DNA of 64,000 nt from positions 23,564,848 through 23,628,847 of the forward strand of contig CM120643.1 of NCBI GenBank assembly GCA_051362555.1. The letters are read 5' to 3'. Below are positions 63,731 through 64,000 of this stretch, in pieces. The notes beneath the pieces are model-generated. The model saw only the letters and a program-made list of their open reading frames with translations. It was not told the origin of the DNA and did no database searches. The translations under genes and the position numbers were made by a program. Within the stretch, counting starts at the first letter, position 1. Each line of letters opens with the position of its first letter. The stretch comes from Lingula anatina (taxonomy: Eukaryota > Animalia > Brachiopoda).

Positions 63731-63836
63731 GTAAGTAGTCGGCATTTGGTAATACTGGAGATGCCCTTTCTCTGGACTTGCTCTAAAATTGATGCCCTTC
63801 CAGCACAATATTGATGCTTGGGTATTTAACAAACTC

Positions 63837-63908
63837 AAGAGTTGAACAAAATGTAGGGGTGCATTCCCAATGAAGAGTTGAACAAAATGTAGGGGTGCAT
63901 TCCCAGTG
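63837..63908. repeat. Tandem duplication, 2 x 36 bp
   Basis: AAGAGTTGAACAAAATGTAGGGGTGCATTCCCARTG occurs twice. Confidence 0.9.
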
Positions 63909-64000
63909 AAACTGTCATTCTACGTAGATTGGTCTGCAGGGACTGTCACTATAAACAATTAGTATCTGATAAAGTGAATGACAGACCTTATTTAACAGCT

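Noticed and set aside
63731-63814. LSM14 read-through to the stop at 63814
   Set aside because: A consensus GTAAGT donor at 63731 makes splicing to an exon outside the window more likely.

Overview
This is AT-rich, intron-dense animal genomic DNA, probably a lophotrochozoan or mollusc-like invertebrate (inference). I rebuilt five complete and one 3'-incomplete spliced gene by hand from GT-AG boundaries with continuous frame. Importin-4 (27 coding exons, minus) is head-to-head with NELFCD/TH1L (16 exons, plus). Next come a two-exon secreted EF-hand protein of the SCP/aequorin type and a small coiled-coil plus Caspr-type fibrinogen-like-domain gene whose last exon is split by a 969-bp TIR transposon. 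TAF4 (14 exons, minus) is head-to-head with LSM14 (9 exons visible, plus). An unidentified intronless ORF is open to the left edge. Introns carry many non-autonomous DNA transposons (hAT-, P-, Harbinger-, Kolobok- and Helentron-like). The most unusual signals are: a 13 x 64-bp array that multiplies an IPO4 splice donor behind an in-frame stop; an intronic box C/D snoRNA in LSM14 with two segments complementary to adjacent parts of one LSU rRNA site; a signal peptide on a normally cytosolic Ca-binding family; the exon-disrupting transposon; and TAF4-LSM14 divergent linkage that mirrors human 20q13. Family assignments come from motif recognition only; no database searches were run.
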